DNA of 64,000 nt. Origin: an uncultured Desulfobacter sp. Lineage in GTDB: Bacteria > Desulfobacterota > Desulfobacteria > Desulfobacterales > Desulfobacteraceae. The notes under the pieces were generated by a model. It worked only from the letters and a program-made list of their open reading frames with translations, made no database searches and was not told where the DNA came from. Shown piece by piece: positions 21,402 to 31,350 of the stretch (position 1 is the stretch's first letter; each line of letters opens with the position of its first letter). The position numbers and the translations under genes are program-made. The DNA is taken from NCBI GenBank assembly GCA_963665095.1, contig OY762069.1, positions 1,792,001-1,856,000 on the forward strand, given 5' to 3'.

Positions 21402-22505
21402 ATGAGTATTCCAAAGTTTGATCCAAGCGAGCTTGAAGTCGTAGGAGAAGAACTCAATATCTTAGGCGGAGACCCCATCCCGGTTTACAATTTTCCCGTG
21501 AGCAAAAAAGAGGCCGGTCTTGCCTTATACAGAAAAGAGCCCATCTGGCACCTGATTCCCGGCATTGGCGTGGAATCTTTGACCTTTATGCCAAAGGTTA
21601 ATCCGGACAATATTGCCCGGGCCTTTGTCATGGACGGAACCTTTAACCCGGAGACCAGCAACAAAAGCGGCGGCCTTGACATGTTCGGCATTGACTGGGA
21701 GTACGTTCCCGAGGCCATGGGCTCCATGGTAAGGCCGGGAAAACCCTTTATTGAGGATGCCAACGAGATTAAGGACAAAGTGGTGTGGCCGGACATTGAC
21801 GCCTGGGACTGGGAAGGATCCGCCAAGATCAATGAGGCGTACCTGAACACGGACAAGCTGGTTTACTGCATGTTTTTCAATGGCTGGTACGAACGGCTGA
21901 TCTCCTTCATGGATTTTGAAGGCGCTGTGGTTGCCATGATTGATGACGACCAGCAGGATGCAGTTAAAGCATTTTTTGACCAGCTGTCAGATCTGTACTG
22001 CCGGATTCTGGAAAAATATTTCACCTATTATCCCCAGATCGACATTATGTGCATGCACGATGACTGGGGGGCACAGAAAGACACTTTTTTCTCCCCTGAT
22101 ACCGCAGAGGAGATGATTGTGCCCTACATGAAGCGGTGTACCGACTTCATCCGGTCAAAGGGGAAATTTTCCGATCTGCACAGCTGCGGCCAGAACTTCA
22201 AGCAGGTTCCCAATATCATTAAGGCAGGATGGGATTCATGGTGTCCCCAGGCAATGAACGATACCGAAAAAATATACGAACTGTATGGAGATCAGCTGCT
22301 GATCGGCGTTCTGCCTGAAAAATATGATATCAAAACCACATCAGAGGCGGAACAAAGAGCCTATGCAAAGGCGCATGCAGAAAAATTCTGCAACCCGGAG
22401 AAACCGTGTTCCTTAAGCTCATATGCCTTTTTTGACAACGATATTCTGACAAAGGCATATCGTGAGGAATTATACAAACAGTCCAGAATTCAGTACGCCA
22501 AATAG
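21402..22505 (+). CDS. URO-D-family methyltransferase (O-demethylase MT1-like)
   Basis: DMFGIDWEYVP, GWYERLISFMDFE, HDDWG.Q...FFSP, LHSCG (Zn motif HxC). GGAGG RBS before ATG at 21402. Confidence 0.88.
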   Translation: MSIPKFDPSELEVVGEELNILGGDPIPVYNFPVSKKEAGLALYRKEPIWHLIPGIGVESLTFMPKVNPDNIARAFVMDGTFNPETSNKSGGLDMFGIDWEYVPEAMGSMVRPGKPFIEDANEIKDKVVWPDIDAWDWEGSAKINEAYLNTDKLVYCMFFNGWYERLISFMDFEGAVVAMIDDDQQDAVKAFFDQLSDLYCRILEKYFTYYPQIDIMCMHDDWGAQKDTFFSPDTAEEMIVPYMKRCTDFIRSKGKFSDLHSCGQNFKQVPNIIKAGWDSWCPQAMNDTEKIYELYGDQLLIGVLPEKYDIKTTSEAEQRAYAKAHAEKFCNPEKPCSLSSYAFFDNDILTKAYREELYKQSRIQYAK

Positions 22506-22630
22506 GCTGTTAGCCAGTGTGTAAAAAAAACATTCCCGGTCTGATTCTTAATTTTTCAAATCAGACCGGAAACCATCAATATAGCCTCTCAAGAGGCCAT
22601 AGAAGAATCATAGGATAATATGAGGGTATT

Positions 22631-23434
22631 ATGATCATTATTGGAGAAAAAATTAACGGAGCCATTCCTTCAGTGGCAGAAGCCATTGTAAACAAAGATG
22701 AGGAATTTATTAAAAATTTGGCTGTAACCCAGTCAGAAGCCGGTTCCACCTTCATTGATGTCTGTGCATCAGTGGATGTTAAGATTGAACTTGAAACAAT
22801 GAAATGGCTTATTGACCTGGTGCAGGAAGTCACCGAGACACCCATTGCAGTGGACAGCCCGGATGCTGGCATCTGTGCGGCAGCCATTGATTTCTGCAAC
22901 AAACCGGGCCTGGTCAATTCCGTATCCATGGAAGGGGATAAAATTGATGTGGTTTTCCCCAAAATAGCCGACACCAAATGGGAGTGTGCTGCCCTCCTCT
23001 GCGATGATACCGGCATTCCCAAAACTGCGGAAAAGCGTCTGGAAGTATTTTCAGACCTTATGGAGAAAGCCAAAGAGTATAAAATTGATCCCTCCCGTCT
23101 TCACATCGATCCTCTGGTTGAGATGCTGTGTACCTCTGAAGACGGTATCAATCCGATTATAGCAGTGATGAAGGAGATCAAGCGCCAGTATCCCACCATT
23201 CACATCACCGGCGGCGCCTCCAACATCTCCTTTAATCTGCCCGCCAGAAAGTTTGTCAACCAGGCCTTCCTTATTCTGGCCATGGGCGCAGGTATGGACT
23301 CCGCAATCATCAATCCTTTGCACAAGCACATGATGGGCCTGATTTATGCCACTGAAGCCCTGAAAGGAATGGATGACTACTGCATGGAATATATTCAAGG
23401 CTATCGCGAAGGTCTATTTGGCCCTGTAAAATAA
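22631..23434 (+). CDS. Methyltetrahydrofolate:corrinoid methyltransferase (pterin-binding, AcsE/MtvA-like MT2)
   Basis: MIIIGEKING, IAVDSPD, NSVS.E, HIDPLV, GASNISF.LP.R, GMDSAIINP. Confidence 0.92.
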   Translation: MIIIGEKINGAIPSVAEAIVNKDEEFIKNLAVTQSEAGSTFIDVCASVDVKIELETMKWLIDLVQEVTETPIAVDSPDAGICAAAIDFCNKPGLVNSVSMEGDKIDVVFPKIADTKWECAALLCDDTGIPKTAEKRLEVFSDLMEKAKEYKIDPSRLHIDPLVEMLCTSEDGINPIIAVMKEIKRQYPTIHITGGASNISFNLPARKFVNQAFLILAMGAGMDSAIINPLHKHMMGLIYATEALKGMDDYCMEYIQGYREGLFGPVK

Positions 23435-23458
23435 ACGTAACTTATAAGGATTTAAAAA

Positions 23459-24097
23459 ATGGCGAAAATTGATGAAGTAAAAACACTTGTTGAAAAAGGT
23501 AAGACAAAACTGATTACAGATGCGGTTCAGGGCGCCCTTGATGAGGGCTGCACAGCAGACCAGATTCTTGATGCCATGGTATCTGCCATGGGTATTGTGG
23601 GTGACAAATTTTCATCCGGCGCAATTTTTGTTCCTGAAATGCTGATTGCAGCCAAAACAATGTCCAAAGGCGTTGACGTGATCAAACCACTGATGGCAAG
23701 CGACTCCGGCCCCTCTTTTGGCACATGCATCATTGGTACGGTAAAAGGCGATTTGCATGACATCGGGAAAAACCTTGTCAGCATGATGATTGAAAGTGCC
23801 GGGTTCAAAATGATTGACCTGGGCGTTGATGTGCCGCCTGAAACTTTTATCCAGGCCATTAAAGACAACGAAGGTGTGACCCTGGTGGCCTGCTCCGGCC
23901 TGCTGTCTACAACCATGCCGGCGCTGAAAGAAACTGTTGAACAGCTCAAATCCTGCGGTCTGGAGGGCTTCAAGGTCATTGTGGGCGGCGCTCCGGTTAC
24001 AGAAGATTTTGCCAGTGAGATTGGTGCGGACGGATTTGCATCAGATGCAGGTGGTGCAGCCATCAAAGCCAAAGAACTGGTCTCTGTCGCAGCTTAG
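23459..24097 (+). CDS. Corrinoid (cobalamin-binding) methyl-acceptor protein, MttC/MtvC-like
   Basis: B12-binding cap domain FVPEMLIAA and DxHxxG motif GDLHDIGKNLV, SGLLSTT, VGGAPVT. Confidence 0.95.
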   Translation: MAKIDEVKTLVEKGKTKLITDAVQGALDEGCTADQILDAMVSAMGIVGDKFSSGAIFVPEMLIAAKTMSKGVDVIKPLMASDSGPSFGTCIIGTVKGDLHDIGKNLVSMMIESAGFKMIDLGVDVPPETFIQAIKDNEGVTLVACSGLLSTTMPALKETVEQLKSCGLEGFKVIVGGAPVTEDFASEIGADGFASDAGGAAIKAKELVSVAA

Positions 24098-24302
24098 GTT
24101 AGGCATCACACAAATTGCCCTGCAGTTTTAAGGGCACTGCTCTCGGATATTTTATGACATTTTGACAGATTTGAAAATATTATGAAATATCCTGGGATCT
24201 TGTTTCATTTAAAGCAATTGAAACAAAGTATTACAACAACAAAATCCTTCCCAAATATTTTCGACCTGACACCCAGGCCATAATCAGTAAAGGAGTTATA
24301 TC

Positions 24303-26078
24303 ATGGCATTAGATCCAACCAAGCACGCGGATTGGGAAATTGCAGAAGATGCAGAAAAAAACATGCTCACCATCTATGAGATCGGTGAGAAACTGGGTTT
24401 GACCAAGGAAGAGCTTCTTCCCCAGGGGCATTACATTGGTAAAATCGACTTCATCAAAGTGCTTGACCGCCTTAAAGACAAACCCAATGGAAAATACGTT
24501 GATGTCACAGCCATCACCCCCACCCCGCTTGGGGAAGGCAAATCCACCTCTACCATGGGCCTGGTACAGGGTTTAGGCAAAATCGGGAAAAGCGTATCAG
24601 CTGCCATTCGTCAGCCTTCCGGCGGACCCACCATGAACATCAAAGGCTCTGCCGCCGGCGGCGGTCTGGCCCAGTGCATCCCTTTAACTCCCTTTTCCTT
24701 AGGGTTTACCGGGGACATCAATGCCATCATGAACGCTCACAACCTGGCCATGGTGGCGCTGACGTCCCGTCTGCAGCATGAGAGAAACTACACGGATGAG
24801 CAGCTCGAACGTCTTTCCGGCATGAAAAGAATCGACATTGACCCCACCAATATTGAAATGGGCTGGGTCATTGATTTCTGCTGCCAGTCGTTGCGCAACA
24901 TCATCATCGGTATTGACGGCGTGAACGGCAAAGCTGACGGTTTCATGATGAAATCAAAATTCGGTATTGCCGTATCTTCAGAGGTGATGGCGATTCTGGC
25001 TTTGGCCTCAGATCTCAAAGACATGCGCGAAAGAATGGGCAAAATCGTTGTGGCCTACACCAAAAAAGGCAAACCCGTTACCACGGAAGACCTGCAGGTG
25101 GCAGGAGCCATGACCGCCTGGATGGTGGATGCATTGAAACCCTCTTTGATGCAGACCCTGGAAGGCCAGCCTGTTATCGTTCATGCCGGCCCCTTTGCCA
25201 ACATTGCCATTGGCCAGAGCTCCATCATCGCTGACAAAGTAGGCCTTAAACTGGCGGACTACCATGTCACAGAGTCCGGTTTCGGTGCGGACATTGGTTT
25301 TGAAAAATTCTGGAATCTGAAATGCCGCTACTCAGGACTTACCCCTGACTGCGCGGTTGTTGTCGCCACCATCCGGGCATTGAAATGCCATGGCGGCGCG
25401 CCGGTGCCTGTTCCGGGCAAACCCATGCCCGAAGAGTACGCTTCTGAAAACGTTGAGTGGGTGGCCAAAGGCTGCGCCAACCTCATTCATCACATCCGCA
25501 ACGTCAGAAAAGCCGGTATCTCACCGGTTGTCTGCATCAATGCATTCTACACGGATACCGATGCTGAAATCGCCAAGGTCCGCGAGCTGTGTGAAGCAGA
25601 GGGTGCCAGGGTTGCGCTTTCCCGTCACTGGGAAAAGGGCGGCGACGGTGCCATTGAATTTGCAAAAACAGTTGTGGAAGCCTGCGAGGAAAAAACAGAG
25701 TTTAAATTCCTGTATGAACTGGATATGCCGCTCAAACAAAGAATCGAACTTATTGCCAGGGAAGTTTATGGTGCTGACGGCGTTGACTACTCCATGGCAG
25801 CCGAGAAAAAACTGGCCCAGCTCCAGGCGGACCCTGAGCTCTCCAAGATGGGTATGTGCATGGTGAAAACCCATCTGTCCCTGTCTGACAACCCGGCCCT
25901 TAAGGGTGTTCCCACAGGCTGGAGACTGACCATCCGCGAAGTTCTGACATACGGTGGTGCAGGTTTCATCGTACCTGTGGCAGGCGCCATCTCTCTGATG
26001 CCCGGCACCGGCTCCAACCCGGCCTTCAAACGCGTTGATGTAAACGTAGAGACCGGCAAAGTCGAAGGTGTATTCTAA
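24303..26078 (+). CDS. fhs: Formate--tetrahydrofolate ligase
   Basis: [54 protein letters not shown]. Confidence 0.97.
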   Translation: MALDPTKHADWEIAEDAEKNMLTIYEIGEKLGLTKEELLPQGHYIGKIDFIKVLDRLKDKPNGKYVDVTAITPTPLGEGKSTSTMGLVQGLGKIGKSVSAAIRQPSGGPTMNIKGSAAGGGLAQCIPLTPFSLGFTGDINAIMNAHNLAMVALTSRLQHERNYTDEQLERLSGMKRIDIDPTNIEMGWVIDFCCQSLRNIIIGIDGVNGKADGFMMKSKFGIAVSSEVMAILALASDLKDMRERMGKIVVAYTKKGKPVTTEDLQVAGAMTAWMVDALKPSLMQTLEGQPVIVHAGPFANIAIGQSSIIADKVGLKLADYHVTESGFGADIGFEKFWNLKCRYSGLTPDCAVVVATIRALKCHGGAPVPVPGKPMPEEYASENVEWVAKGCANLIHHIRNVRKAGISPVVCINAFYTDTDAEIAKVRELCEAEGARVALSRHWEKGGDGAIEFAKTVVEACEEKTEFKFLYELDMPLKQRIELIAREVYGADGVDYSMAAEKKLAQLQADPELSKMGMCMVKTHLSLSDNPALKGVPTGWRLTIREVLTYGGAGFIVPVAGAISLMPGTGSNPAFKRVDVNVETGKVEGVF

Positions 26079-26148
26079 TTAATTCCCGCATCCGGGGGCT
26101 TTCCATGTTGCCCCCGGATACCCGAAAATTTTATCAAAAGGAAACAAA

Positions 26149-26569
26149 ATGACTGCAGAAATCATTAGCGGTACCGAGATAAGAAAGACCATTCTGGCAG
26201 AAATCAAGGAAGATGTAGACAAGATGAAGGCTGACACCGGTAAAGTGCCGGGCCTGGTTACCATCCTTGTGGGTAAAAACCCCGCCTCTGTCAGCTATGT
26301 CACCCTGAGTGCTCAACGCCATCAACCCGGACAAAGATGTGGATGCATTCCATCCTGTCAACGTCGGCCGTCTGATGATCGGTGGCGATGAAGCCAAATT
26401 TCTGCCCTGCACTCCTGCCGGCATCCAGGAGATGATCGTTCGCTCAGGCACGGAAACAAGCGGTGCGGAAGTGGTTGTTGTGGGCCGGTCCAACATCGTT
26501 GGCAAACCCATTGCCATGATGATGAAAAACACCCTGAAATCCGCACAATACGCTTTGGCTGGTAAATAG
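26149..26569 (+). pseudogene. folD: Methylene-THF dehydrogenase/cyclohydrolase, two internal deletions and a frameshift
   Basis: N-terminus MTAEIISG...GLVTILVG.NPASVSYVTL joins out of frame to [20 protein letters not shown]...PCTPAG...[16 protein letters not shown], which jumps to the C-terminal KNTLKSAQ. Only 421 bp remain. Confidence 0.9.
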
Positions 26570-26582
26570 GGCTGAAGACCTG

Positions 26583-26641
26583 TGTTTGGGCGCAAAGTTG
26601 CATAGATGCAAGGCTCAGGTGAATGACTTTGCGTTCAAACA
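26583..26641 (+). repeat. Dispersed palindromic (REP-like) element
   Basis: TGTTTGGGCGCAAAGT...ACTTTGCGTTCAAACA arms around a GATGCAAGG core. Related copies at 17295 and 31139. Confidence 0.6.
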
Positions 26642-26688
26642 CGAAACAGCACTTATCCTTGATGACATTTTCAATAGGAGGGATTGAA

Positions 26689-27654
26689 ATGATAACCAAA
26701 AAAGAAAACTATTTAATGGCCGCAAGGGGCGAAAAGCCAGAGTGGGTTCCGTCTTTTGTGGAAGAGAGCAACATCTTTATGCCCCCTTTCTGGGATGAAG
26801 TGAACCCGGAAACCGGAACAGATTTCTGTAACGTCAAATGGGTTGAAAATGATGCCGGAAAGATGCCGGATGAACGCTGGAAAGCCATGGAACATATTGG
26901 GATGTGGCGGCAGACAGCTAAGTTTCCGGATCTGGCCACGCTTGACTGGAAGGCCATGGCTGAGCAGTTCAAAAAGCAAAGTGATCCGGAACAGGTGAAC
27001 ATTGCCATGCTCAACACCAACGGTATTTTTCTGATCCCCATCAACATGATCGGATGGGTGGACGGGCTTTGCGCCATCTATGAAGAACCTGAAGAGTTAG
27101 AGGCATTTGTCTCCAGAATTACTGATTTTCTGGTCGAGGTTGTTGGCTATTTTGGAGAATACATCCATCCGGACATTGTATTTACAGGCGATGATGTGGC
27201 CGCCGGCAACGGACCGCTGATCTCCATGCAAATCTGGGAAGATATGTATAAGCCCTATTTCAAAAAAATCATTGATGCCGTTCATGATATCGGTGCGCTG
27301 GCAGAATTTCACTGTTGCGGTAATTGCCAGGGCTTTATTGATGAATTTTTGGAAATCGGCAGTGATATCTGTCAGTTACCGGTCCCCAATGAAGCCCTTT
27401 TACAGTCAAAGGAAAAATACGGAAACAGACTGGTGATGACCGGCGGCTGGGATCGCCGCTCCAAAGCATCTCTTCCCGGTGCGCCGGAAGATGTTGTCCG
27501 GGAATCCGTGCATACCGCCATTGACACCTATGGCAAAGATGGTGCCCTGATATTCTGGGACGGCGGTGTCGTGGGCAGCAGCCAGGACTCAAAACAGAAG
27601 CTTGCATGGATATTGGACGAGCTCAGTATCTATGGGAAACAGGTTTATAAATAA
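26689..27654 (+). CDS. URO-D-family methyltransferase (O-demethylase MT1-like)
   Basis: MITKKENYL..ARGEKPEWVP, GDDVA, EFHCCG, GGWD. AGGAGG RBS before ATG at 26689. Confidence 0.87.
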   Translation: MITKKENYLMAARGEKPEWVPSFVEESNIFMPPFWDEVNPETGTDFCNVKWVENDAGKMPDERWKAMEHIGMWRQTAKFPDLATLDWKAMAEQFKKQSDPEQVNIAMLNTNGIFLIPINMIGWVDGLCAIYEEPEELEAFVSRITDFLVEVVGYFGEYIHPDIVFTGDDVAAGNGPLISMQIWEDMYKPYFKKIIDAVHDIGALAEFHCCGNCQGFIDEFLEIGSDICQLPVPNEALLQSKEKYGNRLVMTGGWDRRSKASLPGAPEDVVRESVHTAIDTYGKDGALIFWDGGVVGSSQDSKQKLAWILDELSIYGKQVYK

Positions 27655-27672
27655 ATATGCGGGAATAAGAAC

Positions 27673-28125
27673 ATGACGCACCACCATGATTGTAAAAGCT
27701 GTAACAGCGATACGCCCGATCATCATGATCACCACCATCAGGGACATGATCATCATGGCCACCACCACTCTTCTGATAAGAAAACGTTTCATGTGCATGT
27801 GCATGACGGGGCCACCGTTGCATCCGGTGTATTCACGGTTCCCTTAAAATACCAGGCAGTTGTTGTTTATATGCAAAACCAGCTGAAGCTGATTGCTGAA
27901 TGGGTGGATGCAGAAGGCGGCATCATTGGCCACATCAAGGCATACTTAAAGCGCAGTGATGCAAATACGCTGATGTCCATTACAGATTGTGACGAAGAGG
28001 TCAGCGTCAAAAAGAATGAGCGTGAAAGTGTAGAGATCAGTTTTACCGCAATTGTCTATGCCATTAAACCCGACGTCCTTGACTCAAGGCTGTTTGAAAT
28101 GATTCATGCCATAGAAAAATTATAA
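27673..28125 (+). CDS. His-rich putative metal-binding protein (CobW C-terminal-like partner)
   Basis: N-terminal HHHDCKSC...HHDHHHQGHDHHGHHH and a GGIIGHIKA motif. Confidence 0.7.
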   Translation: MTHHHDCKSCNSDTPDHHDHHHQGHDHHGHHHSSDKKTFHVHVHDGATVASGVFTVPLKYQAVVVYMQNQLKLIAEWVDAEGGIIGHIKAYLKRSDANTLMSITDCDEEVSVKKNERESVEISFTAIVYAIKPDVLDSRLFEMIHAIEKL

Positions 28126-28155
28126 AACCATCTTTGAACTGTGTGGGAATAAGAA

Positions 28156-28755
28156 ATGAAAATAGTTATTTTAGGCGGATTTCTGGGGTCAGGCAAGACC
28201 AGCGTACTTCTTCCCATGGCCCATTTTTTAGTTGATCACGCTGAAAATTCCGACAGGAAAGTGAAGGTTGCCATCATTGAAAATGAAATCGGTGACATCG
28301 GAATTGATGACCAGTTTATACGCAACGACGGGTACAACGTAAGAAATCTTTTTGGCGGATGTGCCTGTTGTTCCCTTGCCGGAGAACTGGCAACCAGTAT
28401 TCACGCCATACGCAATGATCTGAATCCGGAGTGGCTTATCATTGAGGCCACAGGCGTGGCCTATCCAAACGGGATTCGGCAGGAGATCAAACATCTGTTT
28501 GAGTTTGAATCCAAGATCATCTGCATTGCAGATGCCAAACGATGGGCCAAAATCGCTGTGGCCCTGAAACATGTGATCACGGGCCAGGTGGAAGATGCAA
28601 CCGCTGTCTTCATCAACAAAACTGACCTGGTGGATGCCCAGGTACAAAGCAGCGTGGTCCGGGATATCCGTGCCCTGAATCCAGACACCCGGATTTATCC
28701 AATTTGCGCAACACAGGGGATTGAAGAAAATATATTTAAAGAAATCTTACTATAG
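28156..28755 (+). CDS. CobW/HypB/UreG (COG0523) G3E GTPase, N-terminal domain only
   Basis: GGFLGSGKTS, IIENEIG, GGCACC, IEATGVA, INKTDL. Confidence 0.9.
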   Translation: MKIVILGGFLGSGKTSVLLPMAHFLVDHAENSDRKVKVAIIENEIGDIGIDDQFIRNDGYNVRNLFGGCACCSLAGELATSIHAIRNDLNPEWLIIEATGVAYPNGIRQEIKHLFEFESKIICIADAKRWAKIAVALKHVITGQVEDATAVFINKTDLVDAQVQSSVVRDIRALNPDTRIYPICATQGIEENIFKEILL

Positions 28756-28990
28756 ATTGGCCCGAGTCTCTTCCTGGACCTTAATCCCCGGCGCCAGGAG
28801 ACAATTATTTTCAAATAACATACGTCATGCCGCGAAACTGCCCGTGGCTGGCGTGCCGGATCTGTCAGGGGAAAGGCCTGCATAAACCTCCTCCATTCGC
28901 TGCTCTGATGGGTCCGGCCTTCACCCCCCAAAAAAGATCAAACCCAAACCCCATCGCATTCCAACCAGCTGAACCTCAACCGACGTCTAA

Positions 28991-31027
28991 TCAATCCGGC
29001 CGGCCGATGACCTGCCTGGGCCGCACCCCGTCAGACGGGGCCACGATCCCCTGCTTTTCCATCAGATCAATGATCCGAGCGGCCCGGTTATAACCGATCC
29101 GTAACGCCCGCTGCACCCCGGAAATGGATGCCTGCCGGGTGGACATGACAAAATCCAGGGCCTGCTGATATTTCTCATCATACTCATCGTCTGATATCTC
29201 CACCTGGTCTGCCGGGGCCTCCTCCGGTTCTGTGGTAACATCCGCCACATATTCAGGTTTACCCTGGGCCTTGACAAAGTCGGTAATGGTGTTCAACTCT
29301 TTTTCAGACAAATAGGTCCCGTGGACCCGTTTGAGCCGGGCGGTTCCCGGGGGAACAAACAGCATATCACCCCGGCCAAGCAGGGTTTCAGCCCCATTGG
29401 CGTCAATAATGGTCCTGGAATCTGTTTTAGACGAGACCTGGAAAGAGATCCGGGTAGGAAAATTGGCCTTAATAATGCCGGTCAGCACATCCACAGAGGG
29501 TCTCTGGGTGGCCAGAATCAGATGGATACCGGCAGCGCGTGCCATCTGGGCAATACGGGTCAGGGAGTATTCAATATCTTTGCCGGCAGTCATCATAAGA
29601 TCTGCCAGCTCATCAATGATCACAATAATATAGGGAAAGGGCGTGAACGCTTCCTTGTCTGCAAGGTCTTTTGTCCGGATCTTTCTATTGTACTGCTCGA
29701 TATTCCTGACATGAAGCTGGGCCAGCTTTTCATAGCGCAGCTCCATCTCCCGGACCACCCATTGAAGTGCAATGTTGGCCTTTTTCATATCCGTAATCAC
29801 CGGCGTGATCAGATGGGGAATATCGTTGAAAAGCGACAGTTCAATGCGCTTGGGATCGATCATGATAAACTTGACCCGGTCCGGAGAAGATTTGTACAGG
29901 ATACTTGCGATCATGGCATTGAGCGCCACACTTTTGCCGGTACCTGTGGCGCCGGCGATGAGCAGGTGGGGCATTCTTTCAAGGCCTACCACCACGGGTC
30001 TGCCAATGATATCCTTGCCAAGACATATGGGAGCCGGAGATTTTATGTCGGAAAAGGCCTGGGATTCCACAACATCCCGGAACGGCACAATACTCATGCT
30101 GGGATTGGGAATCTCAATGCCGATGACATCCTTGCCCGGGATGGGTGCCACCAGGCGGATGCTCAGCGCACTTAACGCCAGAGCCAGGTCATCGGCCAGG
30201 TTAACTATTTTACTGATCTTTATACCTGGGGCAGGCTTGTACTCAAAGGTGGTGATGACAGGGCCCGGCAACACCTCCATGACCTCTCCCTTAATGCCGA
30301 AATACCCCAGTTTCTGCTCCAGCAGTTCCGCATCCCGCCGGATGGCCTCCTGGTCCACCACCTGCTCCCGACCACCCTCTTCAAGAAAATCAAAGGAGGG
30401 CAGACAAAATTTTCCGTCCTCCCGGGCCTGGGCGACCAGGGTCTGCCGGGAAGCACTGTTTTCAGAAATTCTGGATTTCTTCAGGGTATCAAGAACCTGT
30501 GTGACCAAAGGTCCTGGCTTTGCCGGCAATTGAACTTTTTTATCCTCTGGCGCTCCGGCCGGCGCAAGGGTGGGGATGTCACTTAATTCAGAAATGAGCA
30601 GGGAGGATTCACTGGCGTCAGGTGCAAATGTGACATTGGCAGCCTCTTCCTCTTCAGGAATAGATTCTTTTTCAATCTCCGCCTCCGGCACATTTTCTGA
30701 TTCCGGAGTATCTGCCAAATCAACCGTTATGGGGGGCTGGCTGTTTTTGAGTGCATCATGCGCTTTGAGCAGCTCATCATATCTGTTTTTAAGTCTGACA
30801 AACCGGTCCGCCAGGTTCAGGTTGGTCAACAGCAGCTTGACATAAGGATTGGATTTGCCTTGCCCGTCAAAGGCCTTATCTGCTTTTTCCATCTCCCCGG
30901 TCATCACCTTGGCAATATGTTCAGCATCGGCAGCACCGGTTTCACCGCTGATCTGAAATTTATACTCCCCGCATTCGGTTCTCAAACACAGAAGGTTGTT
31001 CTCTAAACTGTATTTTTTATTTTCCAC
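28991..31027 (-). CDS. ftsK: FtsK/SpoIIIE DNA translocase lacking the membrane domain, with ZapA-like N-terminus
   Basis: Alpha domain PGPVIT.FE, PHLLIAGATGTGKS, IDPKRIEL, IIDELADLMM, ATQRPSVDV, and gamma domain SISGVQRALRIGYNRAARIID. No TM segments. Confidence 0.9.
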   Translation of the reverse strand: MENKKYSLENNLLCLRTECGEYKFQISGETGAADAEHIAKVMTGEMEKADKAFDGQGKSNPYVKLLLTNLNLADRFVRLKNRYDELLKAHDALKNSQPPITVDLADTPESENVPEAEIEKESIPEEEEAANVTFAPDASESSLLISELSDIPTLAPAGAPEDKKVQLPAKPGPLVTQVLDTLKKSRISENSASRQTLVAQAREDGKFCLPSFDFLEEGGREQVVDQEAIRRDAELLEQKLGYFGIKGEVMEVLPGPVITTFEYKPAPGIKISKIVNLADDLALALSALSIRLVAPIPGKDVIGIEIPNPSMSIVPFRDVVESQAFSDIKSPAPICLGKDIIGRPVVVGLERMPHLLIAGATGTGKSVALNAMIASILYKSSPDRVKFIMIDPKRIELSLFNDIPHLITPVITDMKKANIALQWVVREMELRYEKLAQLHVRNIEQYNRKIRTKDLADKEAFTPFPYIIVIIDELADLMMTAGKDIEYSLTRIAQMARAAGIHLILATQRPSVDVLTGIIKANFPTRISFQVSSKTDSRTIIDANGAETLLGRGDMLFVPPGTARLKRVHGTYLSEKELNTITDFVKAQGKPEYVADVTTEPEEAPADQVEISDDEYDEKYQQALDFVMSTRQASISGVQRALRIGYNRAARIIDLMEKQGIVAPSDGVRPRQVIGRPD

Positions 31028-31138
31028 GCTGACTTACTCTTTCCTTGAATCATTGTCCCGGCATAACTTAAAGATGGCATGCAGGCGTTTATGAAAAAAC
31101 AATGCAAAACTTGGGGGTAACTCAAAACCCAGAGTTTC

Positions 31139-31212
31139 GTATTTTGACGCAAAGCTGCCCAGGTGCAAGGCGCAAACAACACCGCAGGTGGATGACTTTG
31201 CGTTCAAACGCT
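31139..31212 (+). repeat. Dispersed palindromic (REP-like) element
   Basis: GTATTTTGACGCAAAGCTGCCCAGGTGCAAGG...CAGGTGGATGACTTTGCGTTCAAAC. Shares arms and core with the 26583 copy. Confidence 0.6.
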
Positions 31213-31350
31213 ATCTAAATAACACGGGTGGGGGTTATAGCACAATTCCGGTATGTATTCCAGAAAGATGGCTGCCCGCGGAAAAATACGCCACCTGTCA
31301 GTTGCCGGCAGGCTGCGCATCAATGGAAACCCCTGTGGAACAATATCTTC

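Noticed and set aside
27673..27780. CAT/CAC-rich DNA as a tandem repeat
   Set aside because: Explained by His codons of the protein.
29321..30533. Long plus-strand ORFs of 284 and 253 aa
   Set aside because: Antisense to ftsK with no motifs.
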